From positions 1 through 64,000 of the forward strand of contig CAVSLV010000002.1 in assembly GCA_963728915.1 (NCBI GenBank): 64,000 nucleotides of DNA, given 5' to 3'. The DNA is from an uncultured Gemmatimonadales bacterium. GTDB lineage: Bacteria > Gemmatimonadota > Gemmatimonadetes > Gemmatimonadales > GWC2-71-9. The notes beneath the pieces were generated by a model, which was not told where the DNA came from, ran no database searches, and saw nothing but the letters and a program-made list of their open reading frames with translations. How positions within the stretch are numbered: position 1 is the first letter of the stretch; every line of letters begins with the position of its first letter. The translations under genes and the position numbers were made by a program. This document shows, piece by piece, positions 32,952 through 43,051 of the stretch.

Positions 32952-35839
32952 CGCCGAAGTCGGTGCCGGCGCGCGGAAGGATGACCCACGCCAAGCGGCG
33001 TGAGTCGGCCCTGCTCCGTCTCTCCGCCGAGATTGCCGCGGCGCCCACCGAGTCCGAAGTGTGCCGCGCCGTGGTGAACGGGCTTCGGGACCCCGCTATC
33101 GGCTACGTCTTCCTCGGTCTCTTCATCGTGGACGACACGAGCGGAGATCGGGTGCTTCGGGCCAGTGTGGGCTGGCCCGACGTGCCGCCCGACTGGCGGG
33201 TCCATCCCGGCCAGGGCCTGAGCGAGCGGCCGCTCCAGGATGGCAAGCTGCATTACACACCCGACGTAACCCGCGAGGCCGGCTACCTGCCCAGCCTGAA
33301 CAGCGGATCCGAGGTGGACGTTCCCCTCCAGATGGGTACCCGCATCTTCGGGGTGCTGGTGGTCGAGAGCACCAGGAAGAACGCCTTCCACCAGGACGAC
33401 TTCGACATCCTGACCGCCGCGGCCACCCAGGCCAGCATCGCGATCGGCCGGGCCCGCCTGCTGGCCGCCCAGCAACAGCGCGCCGACGAGCAGCAAGCCG
33501 TGCTGGAGACGCTCGCGGACCTCTCGGGAGAGCTGGAGCTGGGCAAACTGCTCCAGGCGGTGCTGCGCCGCGCCACCACGCTCCTGGGAGTGAGCGGAGG
33601 CGAGCTCGCGATTTTCGACGAAGCGGGGCAGGAGCTCGAGGTCGTGGCGAGCCAGCAGATCGGGGTCGATTCGACCGGCACCCGTCTCAAGCTGGGCGAA
33701 GGGGCCATGGGACACGTCGCGCTGACCAAGGAGCCCATCTGCATCGACGAGTACCACGAATGGATCGGGCAGTCGAACAAGTACGCCTCGGTCGAGGTGC
33801 ATTCGGTCATGGCGGCCCCGTTGCTCATCGGCCATCGCCTGGTCGGCGTCTTCGCCTGCACCCACCACGATCCGGCCCGCCGATTCGGACCGGACGACAT
33901 CCGGCTGCTCAATCTTTTCGCGCCCCAGGCGGCCGTCGCGATCGAGAACGCCGGTCTCTACACCGCGGCGCAGCGCGAGAGGCTGTATTTCGAAGAGCTG
34001 GTGCGGAACAGTCCGGTCGCGGTGGTCACGCTCGACACCCAGCACAACATCGTCTCCTGCAACCCGGCCTTCGAAACCCTCTATGGCTATGGCCAGGCCG
34101 AAGTCATCGGGCGGAACCTGGACGACCTGATCTCCACCGATACCAGCCGATCCGAGGCGGTGGCAATCACCCAGCACGTGCTCAAGGAAGGTGCGGTGCG
34201 AAGCATCGGGCGGCGCCGGCGGCGGGACGGAACCCTGGTCGACGTCGAAGTCCTTGGAGTACCGGTCCGGCTCGAGGGCCGGCTGGTCGGCCTCATGGGT
34301 CTCTATCACGACATCTCCGAGCTCACCCAGGCGCGGCGTACCGCGGAAGAAGCCAGCAACGCCAAGAGTCAGTTCCTCGCCAGCATGAGCCACGAGCTCC
34401 GCACCCCGCTCAACGCCATCATCGGGTACAGCGAGATGCTGGAGGAAGAAGTCGTCGAGCTCGAGCACCCCGAGCTGGCTCCCGACCTCCAGAAGATCCG
34501 GAGCGCCGGCAAGCATCTGCTTGCCCTGATCAACGACATCCTCGATCTGTCGAAGATCGAAGCCGGCAAGATCGAGCTCTATCTCGAGGATTTCGACGTC
34601 GCGGTAATGGTCCGGGACGTGGCGACCACGATCCAGCCCCTGCTGGCAAAGAACGCCAACGAATTGGTGCTGGAGGCCGACGGGCTCGGTACCATGCGCG
34701 GCGACCAGACCAAGATCCGGCAGATGCTCCTCAACCTGCTTTCCAACGCCTGCAAGTTCACCGATCAGGGCAAGGTCGGCCTCCAGGTGGAGCGACTCTC
34801 CACCACCGGTCACCCCGACCGGCTGCGGTTCCGGGTGCGCGATTCGGGCATCGGGATGACCCCGGCGCAGCTAACCCGCATCTTCGAGGCCTTCGCCCAG
34901 GCGGACGCTTCCACCAGCCGCCGCTATGGCGGCACCGGACTCGGCCTCGCCATCACCAAGCGCTTCGCGGAGCTCATGGGCGGCGACGTGACGGTCGAGA
35001 GCGAGCCGGGCAAGGGCTCGGTGTTCACCATCACGATCCCGGTCGAGCGGGTCCCGGAGCCGGAGGAGCCGGGACCCGTCGGGACGACGGCGGGCGTGGT
35101 CCTGGTGATCGATGACAACGCCGAGGCGCGCGACCTGGTCGGCCGGTTCCTCCGCGAGGAAGGCTTCGCGATCCTCGAGGCCGCAAGCGGCGAGAAGGGC
35201 CTCGAACTGGCGCGGAGCCGCCGGCCCGATGCCATCACCCTCGATGTCATGATGCCCGGCATGGATGGCTGGGCCGTCCTCACCGCGCTCAAGGCCGACC
35301 CCGACCTTGCCGGCATCCCGGTCATCATGCTCACCGTGCATGAGAACCGGAGCCTGGGGTTTTCGCTGGGAGCATCGGAATACCTGACCAAGCCCCTCGA
35401 CCGCGGCCGGCTACGCCAGGTGCTCGAGCGGTATCGAACCGACGGCCGTCGCGACGTCCTGGTGGTGGAGGACGATCCGCCCACCCGTGACCTGCTGCGC
35501 CGGATCGTCGAGGCGGAAGGATGGACCGCCGCGACCGCGGAGAATGGACAGGTCGCCCTCGAGATGGTTCGCCGCCAGGCGCCATCCATCATCCTGCTGG
35601 ATCTCATGATGCCGGTGATGGACGGCTGCCAGTTCGCGGCCGAGCTGCGAAAACACGAGGAGTGGCGCGGCATCCCCGTGATCGTGCTGACCTCGAAAGA
35701 CCTGACCGCCGACGATCGCCGGATGCTGAATGGAGACGTCCAGAGCTTCCTCCAGAAGGGGGCGTTGAGCCGCGACGAGCTGCTCCGCGAGATTCATGAC
35801 CTCATGCGGCCCAGCCGGGCCGCGCCTGCCGGGGAGTAA
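32948..35839 (+). CDS. Hybrid sensor histidine kinase 3 (GAF-GAF-PAS-HisKA-HATPase-REC-REC)
   Basis: [27 protein letters not shown], two receivers. Confidence 0.95.
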   Translation: MTPKSVPARGRMTHAKRRESALLRLSAEIAAAPTESEVCRAVVNGLRDPAIGYVFLGLFIVDDTSGDRVLRASVGWPDVPPDWRVHPGQGLSERPLQDGKLHYTPDVTREAGYLPSLNSGSEVDVPLQMGTRIFGVLVVESTRKNAFHQDDFDILTAAATQASIAIGRARLLAAQQQRADEQQAVLETLADLSGELELGKLLQAVLRRATTLLGVSGGELAIFDEAGQELEVVASQQIGVDSTGTRLKLGEGAMGHVALTKEPICIDEYHEWIGQSNKYASVEVHSVMAAPLLIGHRLVGVFACTHHDPARRFGPDDIRLLNLFAPQAAVAIENAGLYTAAQRERLYFEELVRNSPVAVVTLDTQHNIVSCNPAFETLYGYGQAEVIGRNLDDLISTDTSRSEAVAITQHVLKEGAVRSIGRRRRRDGTLVDVEVLGVPVRLEGRLVGLMGLYHDISELTQARRTAEEASNAKSQFLASMSHELRTPLNAIIGYSEMLEEEVVELEHPELAPDLQKIRSAGKHLLALINDILDLSKIEAGKIELYLEDFDVAVMVRDVATTIQPLLAKNANELVLEADGLGTMRGDQTKIRQMLLNLLSNACKFTDQGKVGLQVERLSTTGHPDRLRFRVRDSGIGMTPAQLTRIFEAFAQADASTSRRYGGTGLGLAITKRFAELMGGDVTVESEPGKGSVFTITIPVERVPEPEEPGPVGTTAGVVLVIDDNAEARDLVGRFLREEGFAILEAASGEKGLELARSRRPDAITLDVMMPGMDGWAVLTALKADPDLAGIPVIMLTVHENRSLGFSLGASEYLTKPLDRGRLRQVLERYRTDGRRDVLVVEDDPPTRDLLRRIVEAEGWTAATAENGQVALEMVRRQAPSIILLDLMMPVMDGCQFAAELRKHEEWRGIPVIVLTSKDLTADDRRMLNGDVQSFLQKGALSRDELLREIHDLMRPSRAAPAGE

Positions 35840-35841
35840 CC

Positions 35842-36207
35842 ATGCCGAAGATCCTGCTGGTCGAGGACAATGAAATGAACCGCGATATGCTCTCCCGCCG
35901 GCTCCAGCGGAAAGGGTTCGAAGTGGAGATGGCGGTTGACGGCAAACAGGGCGTGGACATGGCGCTCAACGGATCCTACGACTTGATCCTGATGGACATG
36001 AGCCTGCCCGAGATCGACGGCTGGGAGGCGACCCGCCGGGTCCGGGAGGCGCCGCAGACCCGAACCATCCCGATCATTGCGCTCACCGCGCACGCGATGT
36101 CCGGCGACCGCGAAAAAGCGATGGCGGCGGGCTGCAACGACTACGACACCAAGCCGGTGGAGCTCGAGCGACTCCTCGGCAAGATCGCCGCGTTGCTTCC
36201 CGCATGA
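35842..36207 (+). CDS. Single-domain response regulator (DivK/CheY-like)
   Basis: ILLVEDN, LILMDMSLP, ALTAHAM, TKP. Confidence 0.95.
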   Translation: MPKILLVEDNEMNRDMLSRRLQRKGFEVEMAVDGKQGVDMALNGSYDLILMDMSLPEIDGWEATRRVREAPQTRTIPIIALTAHAMSGDREKAMAAGCNDYDTKPVELERLLGKIAALLPA

Positions 36208-38126
36208 ACGGGCTGGACACCGCCGAAGCGGTCGCGGAGCTCCGCCACGAGCTTCGCACTCCTCTCAACCTGATCATCGGCTACTGCGAGATGCTCCTCG
36301 AGGACGCCACCGATTCCGGCGTCCAGCGGGGGCTCGAACAGGTGCTGACGGCGGGCCGCGACCTGCTGGAATGCATCAACGCCGCGGTGCCTCCGTCCCG
36401 CTCCGAAATCAACAGCACCGAGATCGCGGCACTCTACGACTCCCTGCGCGAACCCCAGGGACGGATCCTTACCGCCACGTCGGCGTTGCTTGCCCCGGCC
36501 GACGGCCCGCTCGACCAGCAGTTCGAGCGGGACGTGCGGCGGATCCGGAGCTCCGCCGAACGCCTCCTCACCATCGAGGTTTCCCAGCTCGCCGGCGCCG
36601 CCAAAGCGGTGCTGACCGCGGAACACCCGACCCGCGAGATGACTGCCCAGGGGGTGCCGGTCATCACCGCCCACCTTCTCGTGGTCGATGACGTCGAGGA
36701 CAATCGCGCGGTCCTCGAGCGCAGGCTCCGGCGCCAGGGCCACACCGTGGAGGCGGTGAGCGGCGGCCATGCAGCGCTCGAGCGGCTGGGAAAGGAAAAG
36801 TTCGACTTGGTGCTGCTCGACGTCCTGATGCCCGACCTCGATGGCCTCGCGGTGCTCGAGCGCATGAAGGCCGATCCGGCCCTCCGCGACATTCCGGTGA
36901 TCATGATCTCGGCGCTCGACGATGTCGCCAGCGTGGTCCGGTGTATCGAGCGGGGCGCGGAAGATCACCTCGCCAAGCCGTTCGATCCGGTGCTGCTCCG
37001 GGCTCGGATCAACGCCTGCCTCGAGAAGAAACAGCTCCGGGACGCCGAGCTCGAGTACCTGGAACAGGTCGGCCGGGTCATCCAGGCCGCCACTGCGGTT
37101 GAAACCGGCAGCTACGAATCGGGAAGTCTCGGGGAAATCGCCCAGCGCGGGGATGAGCTCGGGCGCCTGGCGCGGGTGTTCGATGGGATGGCGGCACAGG
37201 TGCGGGCCCGGGAAAACCGGCTGCGCGACCAGGTCGAGGCACTCCGGCTGGAGATCGAAGAGGCCAAACACAAGACCCGCGCGACCACTCCGCGCGAAAT
37301 GGCGAACCTCCCCTCGGGCGAGCTGTTCGCCGGGCGCTACGAAATCCTGGAAGAGGTTGGCCGTGGTGGCATGGGCGTGGTCTATCGGGCGCTCGATCGC
37401 GATCTCGGGGAACAGGTGGCCATCAAGACCCTGCGGCCCGAGCTGGTCCAGGATCCGGCCCAGATCGAGCGTTTCAAGGGAGAGATTCGCCTGACCCGTC
37501 ACATTACCGACAAACACGTGGTTCGCACCCACGATTTCGGGGAGCGCGACGGGCTCTGTTATCTGACCATGGAATACGTCGAGGGGATTACCGTCCGCGA
37601 GCTGCTCGATACCCGCGGCAAGCTCGGCATCGCCCCCACCCTAGCGATTGCGACCCAGCTGGCGCAGTCGCTGGTCGCCGCCCACCAGCAGGGCGTCATC
37701 CATCGCGACATCAAGCCCCAGAATCTCCTGCTCGACAAGGAGGGCGGGCTCAAGGTGATGGACTTCGGCATCGCCCGGCTGTCCGGCGGATCGAACGGAC
37801 TCACCGAAGTCGGCATGACGATCGGAACCCCGGATTACATGTCGCCGGAACAGATGCTGGGCGAGACCGTGACCGACCGCAGCGATCTGTATTCGGTGGG
37901 AGTCGTACTGTTCGAATGCCTGACCGGCCGATTGCCGTTCGTCGCCTCTTCGGCAATGGCGCTGATCGCGAAATCGCTTCGCGAGCCTCCACCCGATCCA
38001 GCCGGATTGAATCCGGAGATCCCAACCCCGCTCTCTGCCCTGGTGCTTCGCTTACTGGCGAAAGGGGTAGAAGAGCGGCCCGGAGGCGCGGCCGAGCTCG
38101 AGCGTATGCTGTCGGAGCTGGCCTAG
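36204..38126 (+). CDS. HisKA-REC-HAMP-like/coiled-coil-Ser/Thr kinase fusion
   Basis: [10 protein letters not shown] with no HATPase; receiver LVVDD..LLDVLMP..KP; RGDELGRLARVF; GRGGMG, VAIK, HRDIKPQN, DFG, GTPDYMSPE. Confidence 0.9.
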   Translation: MNGLDTAEAVAELRHELRTPLNLIIGYCEMLLEDATDSGVQRGLEQVLTAGRDLLECINAAVPPSRSEINSTEIAALYDSLREPQGRILTATSALLAPADGPLDQQFERDVRRIRSSAERLLTIEVSQLAGAAKAVLTAEHPTREMTAQGVPVITAHLLVVDDVEDNRAVLERRLRRQGHTVEAVSGGHAALERLGKEKFDLVLLDVLMPDLDGLAVLERMKADPALRDIPVIMISALDDVASVVRCIERGAEDHLAKPFDPVLLRARINACLEKKQLRDAELEYLEQVGRVIQAATAVETGSYESGSLGEIAQRGDELGRLARVFDGMAAQVRARENRLRDQVEALRLEIEEAKHKTRATTPREMANLPSGELFAGRYEILEEVGRGGMGVVYRALDRDLGEQVAIKTLRPELVQDPAQIERFKGEIRLTRHITDKHVVRTHDFGERDGLCYLTMEYVEGITVRELLDTRGKLGIAPTLAIATQLAQSLVAAHQQGVIHRDIKPQNLLLDKEGGLKVMDFGIARLSGGSNGLTEVGMTIGTPDYMSPEQMLGETVTDRSDLYSVGVVLFECLTGRLPFVASSAMALIAKSLREPPPDPAGLNPEIPTPLSALVLRLLAKGVEERPGGAAELERMLSELA

Positions 38127-38127
38127 A

Positions 38128-39396
38128 TCAGGATTTGGTTCGGAATCTTCCGACCGATTCGGTGAGCCGGAGCGCCGATCCGGCAAGGTGCTGTGCCGAG
38201 GCGGTCACTTCTTCGGTGGACGCGTTGACCGCTTCGGTGCCTGCCGCGATTTCTCTGGCCGCCCTGGTAAACTCCTCCGTGACGGTGGCGAGCGTGCGGG
38301 TCCGGCCCGCGATTCCATCGACCAGCCGCCGGACTTCCTCTGCCGCCTGCGAGATCCGCCGGCTCCATTGATCGGCCGCCTCGGCCTCTGAGGCCACCGC
38401 CTGAAGTCCATCGATCGCCGAGCGGGCCGCATCCCGGGCCATGAGTCCGCCCTCGCCGAGCCGGAGCAGCCGCTCCCGTGCCAGCTGTACCCTGGCAGAG
38501 ATGTTCTGGACCGTTTCGGATGTCGAGGTGGCCGCAAGCGCCGCCTGGCCCGAGAGCTTCCGGACCTCGTCGGCCACGGTGCCAAACCCGTTCCCTTCGT
38601 GACCACCTCGCGCGGCTTCGATCGAAGCATTGAGGGCGAGGATCCGGGTCTGCCGAGCCACGGTCCTGCCCTGATCGACGAATCGCTCCAGCGCATCGGA
38701 GGCCTCGGCCAGCGCCTCCGCTTCGGTGGTGCCGAGTCGCACCTCCTCGGCGAGTTGATCGAGCGCCTTCACGCTGGCGTTGAGTCGCTCCCCGTGGCCG
38801 CGAGCGAGCTGCAACAGCGCCGCGTTCCGGTCCACCGCCCGCAGGGCGCCTTCCGCCACCGATTCGGCGATGGCCAGGATCTGGCTGGCGTCATCCGCGA
38901 CCGCGCGCACCACGGAGGCCTGTCCCAGCGCCTTCTCGGTGAGCGCCGAGGTCGTGCTCGCGACATCCTGGGTCGAGGAAACCATCTGTTCGGTCGCCGC
39001 TGAGATTTCCTCGGCGAGCGCGGCGGAATCGGTGGCGGATTGACGGATGGCGCTCACCAACCCGTTCAGCTCCCGCACCATCCGGTCCATCCCCTGGGTG
39101 ACCGGGCCCCCGCCGACCCGCTCGAGCTGACCCGGCTCGATGGTCAGATCGAAGTCCGCGATCCTGAGCGTAATGATTCCCACCGCCCGGAGGGGCTCGA
39201 TGATGCGCCGGTTGAGCCAGGAGAGGCAGACCCAGAGACTGAGCAGGCAGAGAAGGGCAAAAACACCCAGCATCGCCAGGGTGGACCAGGGGAGGTCGCC
39301 GGAGAGAAAGACCCACACGACGGCCGTCAGGCCGATGGTGATGACTGCACCGCCAACCTGCATCGTCCGGCGGAGGTGTTTCCCCGTCTCGGTCAT
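38128..39396 (-). CDS. Methyl-accepting chemotaxis-like protein (2 TM, HAMP, signalling domain)
   Basis: QTRILALNASIEAARGG..GFGTVADEVRKL. Confidence 0.9.
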   Translation of the reverse strand: MTETGKHLRRTMQVGGAVITIGLTAVVWVFLSGDLPWSTLAMLGVFALLCLLSLWVCLSWLNRRIIEPLRAVGIITLRIADFDLTIEPGQLERVGGGPVTQGMDRMVRELNGLVSAIRQSATDSAALAEEISAATEQMVSSTQDVASTTSALTEKALGQASVVRAVADDASQILAIAESVAEGALRAVDRNAALLQLARGHGERLNASVKALDQLAEEVRLGTTEAEALAEASDALERFVDQGRTVARQTRILALNASIEAARGGHEGNGFGTVADEVRKLSGQAALAATSTSETVQNISARVQLARERLLRLGEGGLMARDAARSAIDGLQAVASEAEAADQWSRRISQAAEEVRRLVDGIAGRTRTLATVTEEFTRAAREIAAGTEAVNASTEEVTASAQHLAGSALRLTESVGRFRTKS

Positions 39397-39422
39397 GGTA
39401 GTCTGGATATTAAGTTACCCCG

Positions 39423-41879
39423 ATGAATGAACACCATCCCGAAGCTGGATATCGCCCGGACCTCATCGAGGCAAAATGGCAGGCCCGGTGGGTCGAGCGG
39501 CACACCAACGAGCCAGACCTGGATGGGGCGGAACGGCCGTTCTATAACCTGATGATGTTCCCGTACCCCTCCGCCGAGGGGCTGCACGTGGGGAACTTCT
39601 TCGCGTTCACCGGGGCGGATGTCTACGGACGCTATCAGCGGCTCCGGGGGCACGACGTGTTCGAGCCGATCGGCTTCGACGCGTTCGGGATCCACAGTGA
39701 GAACTTCGCCATCAAGACCGGGACCCATCCTGCCAAGCTGATCCCCCGAAACATCGCGAATTTCCGCCGGCAGCTGACCCAGCTCGGCGGCATGTTCGAC
39801 TGGCGCCATGCGCTCTCCACCACCGACCCCGAGTACTACAAGTGGACCCAGTGGCTCTTCCTCCAGCTCTACCATGCGGGGAAGGCCTACCGGAAGAAGG
39901 CTGCGGTCAACTGGTGTCCCAACGACAAAACCGTGCTCGCCAATGAGCAGGTGATCAACGGCGCCTGCGAGCGCTGCGGGGCCCGGGTCGAGCAACGGTT
40001 CCTGGAACAGTGGTTCTTCCGGATCACCGAGTACACCGAGCGGTTGCTGAACGATCTGGACGACAAGAGCAAGATGGACTGGTCCGACAGCACCGTCACC
40101 ATGCAGCGCAACTGGATCGGCCGGAGCGAAGGCGCGGAGATCGAATTCGCCAGCGAGGGCGGCCCGATCACGGTGTACACCACCCGGCCTGACACGCTGT
40201 TCGGCGCCACCTTCCTGGTGCTCGCTCCGGAGCACCCCCTGGTGGAGCGGCTCACCGCCGGAGACGCGAAGGCCCGGGTCGACGCCTATCGCCGGGAGGC
40301 CGCCGGGAAAGACATCGTCTCCCGCAAGGTGGGCGACAAGGACAAGTCCGGCGTGTTCACCGGGGCGACCGCGGTGAACCCGGCCACCGGCGAGACCATC
40401 CCGATCTGGATTGCGGACTACGTGCTCATGGAGTACGGCACCGGCGCCATCATGGCGGTCCCGGCGCACGACGAGCGCGACTTCGCCTTCGCGGTCATGC
40501 ACCAGCTTCCGATTACCCGGGTGCTGGCTGGCCCGGGAGAGGACGGCACCACTCCGGTTCATGAGGCGGTCACGGAGACCGAAGAATTCCGCCTGGTGAA
40601 TTCCGGGACGTTCTCGGAGCTGCCGGCGCCCGAGGGCTTTCGCCGGATCGTCGAGTGGCTCGCCGCCGAGAACAAGGGGCGCGGGACGGTGCAATACCGG
40701 CTCTACGACTGGTGCATCTCCCGGCAGCGCTACTGGGGCCCTCCGATCCCCATCATCAACTGTCACAGCTGTGGCGCGGTGCCGGTCCCCGAGAAAGACC
40801 TGCCGGTGCTCCTGCCTGAGATTCCCGATTTCCAGCCCGACGACACCGGGATTTCGCCGCTCGCCCGCCACAAGGAGTGGTACGAGGTTCCCTGTCCCAC
40901 CTGCGGCGGGAAGGCCCATCGCGAGACCGACGTCTCCGACACGTTCCTCGATTCCGCCTGGTACTTCCTCCGCTACCTCGCCACCGACGTCGAGGATCAG
41001 CCATTCCATCCCGCCCGCACCAGGAAGTGGCTTCCGGTGTCGATGTACATCGGCGGGAACGAGCACGCGGTGCTTCACCTGTTGTACAGCCGGTTCATCG
41101 CGATGGTGCTCCACGACCGCGGCCTGCTGCATTTCGACGAACCGTTCCGCCGGTTCCGGGCCCACGGCACCATCGTGAAGGACGGGTCGAAGATGTCGAA
41201 GTCCCGCGGGAACGTGGTGATTCCCGACCAGTACATCGCCAAGTGGGGCGCCGACACCTTCCGCACCTATCTCATGTTCCTGGGCCCCTACCAGGAAGGG
41301 GGCGACTTCCGCGACGAAGGCCTCGCGGGACCGCGCCGGTTCCTCGACAAGGTGTGGGAGCTGGTGGACCAGACCCAGCGCCGGACCCTGGTCGGGGTCG
41401 AGGTCACCAGCAGCATCGTCATCAAGTGGCATCAGACCATCAAGCGGGTGACCCAGGGGCTCGAATCGCTGTCGTTCAACACCGCGATCGCCGCGCTCAT
41501 GGAGATGCTCAACGCGATGCGGGCGGTGAACTGCAGCGAGCGTCGCATGGTGAAGGAGATGGTGATCATGCTCGCCCCCTTCGCACCCCACTTCGCCGAG
41601 GAATGCTGGGAGCGACTGGGCGCCACGACCTCGGTGTTCGAGGCATCCTGGCCGGTCTGGGAGGAGTCGCTCACCGTCGATCAGGAGGTCGAGATCCCGG
41701 TCCAGGTGAACGGGAAGACCCGCGCAAAAATCCGGGTGCCGCGCGGAGCCGAAGAGCCCGCGGTCGTCAAAGTCGCCCTGGACGATCCCCAGGTCCGGAA
41801 GTTCTTCGACGGCGGAACGCCGGCCCGGGTGGTCTACGTCAAGGACCGGCTGCTGAATCTGGTAGGGACGAAGAGCTAG
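39423..41879 (+). CDS. leuS: Leucine--tRNA ligase
   Basis: MFPYPS, HVGN (HIGH variant), YTTRPDT, GTGAIMAVPAHDERD, WCISRQRYWG, KMSKS. Confidence 0.98.
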   Translation: MNEHHPEAGYRPDLIEAKWQARWVERHTNEPDLDGAERPFYNLMMFPYPSAEGLHVGNFFAFTGADVYGRYQRLRGHDVFEPIGFDAFGIHSENFAIKTGTHPAKLIPRNIANFRRQLTQLGGMFDWRHALSTTDPEYYKWTQWLFLQLYHAGKAYRKKAAVNWCPNDKTVLANEQVINGACERCGARVEQRFLEQWFFRITEYTERLLNDLDDKSKMDWSDSTVTMQRNWIGRSEGAEIEFASEGGPITVYTTRPDTLFGATFLVLAPEHPLVERLTAGDAKARVDAYRREAAGKDIVSRKVGDKDKSGVFTGATAVNPATGETIPIWIADYVLMEYGTGAIMAVPAHDERDFAFAVMHQLPITRVLAGPGEDGTTPVHEAVTETEEFRLVNSGTFSELPAPEGFRRIVEWLAAENKGRGTVQYRLYDWCISRQRYWGPPIPIINCHSCGAVPVPEKDLPVLLPEIPDFQPDDTGISPLARHKEWYEVPCPTCGGKAHRETDVSDTFLDSAWYFLRYLATDVEDQPFHPARTRKWLPVSMYIGGNEHAVLHLLYSRFIAMVLHDRGLLHFDEPFRRFRAHGTIVKDGSKMSKSRGNVVIPDQYIAKWGADTFRTYLMFLGPYQEGGDFRDEGLAGPRRFLDKVWELVDQTQRRTLVGVEVTSSIVIKWHQTIKRVTQGLESLSFNTAIAALMEMLNAMRAVNCSERRMVKEMVIMLAPFAPHFAEECWERLGATTSVFEASWPVWEESLTVDQEVEIPVQVNGKTRAKIRVPRGAEEPAVVKVALDDPQVRKFFDGGTPARVVYVKDRLLNLVGTKS

Positions 41880-41882
41880 CCC

Positions 41883-42983
41883 CTACTCCACTCGATACAG
41901 CGCCTGCATGCCCGCGATCAGATGTCCCTGGACGTGGCAATGAAACAGCCAGGTCCCCGGGTTATCGGGCACCATGTCGGCGGTCACCATCTGCATGGTG
42001 TTGATGTTCGTCACGTCGGTCCGCATGTGGTTGGCGACCACCGTGTTGCCGTGCCAGTGCGGGGCGTGCACCTCGAACCCGGTGGTCCCGAACAGGTACC
42101 AGCGGACCCGCTCCCCCTGTTTCATGGTCAGGCCCGGCAGGTTGCCGAAGGAGAGACCGTTCATCGTCTCCCGGAGATTGGCCACGTAGTAGAGGTCACC
42201 GAAGTCGCCCAATCGCGGGCGCTTCTGCTTGTCCAGCGCATACGCGTTGACGTTGTCCTCGAAGTACCAGCTCAGGTTTTCGTCGAACTCCGCGAACGCG
42301 ACCACAAATTCCCGATCGACATCCGACGGTGAGCCGTCGGGCTTGGCCATCCCCCGGGCCGTCACCAGGATCGGGCCGACCAATCCGGTATTGAGATCGG
42401 AGTTCTCGTCATGGTGGGAGTGATACATCCACTGCACCGAGCTCACCTCTCCGTGGGCTGGACCGGCCCGCTCCGGCACCGGCCACACGTAGACATGGGT
42501 CCCTCCCGGCGGCACCCCGTCGTCGGCCTGGTCCGCTCCACTGGTCCCGTCGGCGTACGGCGCGCCCTCCGAGTCCTTGGTGTAGAAGACCCCGTGGGGA
42601 TGCATGCTGTAGGGATGGGTCCCGTTGTTGCGGAACACCACCCGGATCGTGTCACCCACGACGGCGCGGAGCAACGGTCCCAGAATGCCGAGGTGTTCCC
42701 ACTCCGGCGGTCTCGGCTTGAGGGAGGTGAAAGTGCTGTCGGTGTATTCCCGGTAGATCGCCTTCTGGTACCGATGCCCGATCCGGTCCGCTGCCGGAAT
42801 CATGACCTCGCGGTCGAACCCTTCCCACCCGTGGCCGGTGATCCGGTTGGAGTCGCTGGGGGCATAGTCCCAGAGCACCTCGTCCGCTGCGACGTAGGAG
42901 GTCCGGGTGATGCCACCGCTGCCGCCAGCCGCACCGCAGCCCGAGGCTGCAGTCACAATGAGCAACAGGATTCCGCGTCGCAT
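41883..42983 (-). CDS. Two-domain multicopper oxidase lipoprotein, ceruloplasmin-like
   Basis: Lipobox ASGC; HPH, YHSH, HAPHWH, HCHVQGHLIAGM. Confidence 0.9.
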   Translation of the reverse strand: MRRGILLLIVTAASGCGAAGGSGGITRTSYVAADEVLWDYAPSDSNRITGHGWEGFDREVMIPAADRIGHRYQKAIYREYTDSTFTSLKPRPPEWEHLGILGPLLRAVVGDTIRVVFRNNGTHPYSMHPHGVFYTKDSEGAPYADGTSGADQADDGVPPGGTHVYVWPVPERAGPAHGEVSSVQWMYHSHHDENSDLNTGLVGPILVTARGMAKPDGSPSDVDREFVVAFAEFDENLSWYFEDNVNAYALDKQKRPRLGDFGDLYYVANLRETMNGLSFGNLPGLTMKQGERVRWYLFGTTGFEVHAPHWHGNTVVANHMRTDVTNINTMQMVTADMVPDNPGTWLFHCHVQGHLIAGMQALYRVE

Positions 42984-43051
42984 GGCTGGGCTCCATCTGG
43001 AGGGATAGAGCTAATGTATCCTTCATCGACCCGATCGATAGGGCGAATTCG

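Noticed and set aside
39585..39596. LeuRS HVGN instead of HIGH
   Set aside because: This is a tolerated class I signature variant, and KMSKS and the editing motifs are intact.
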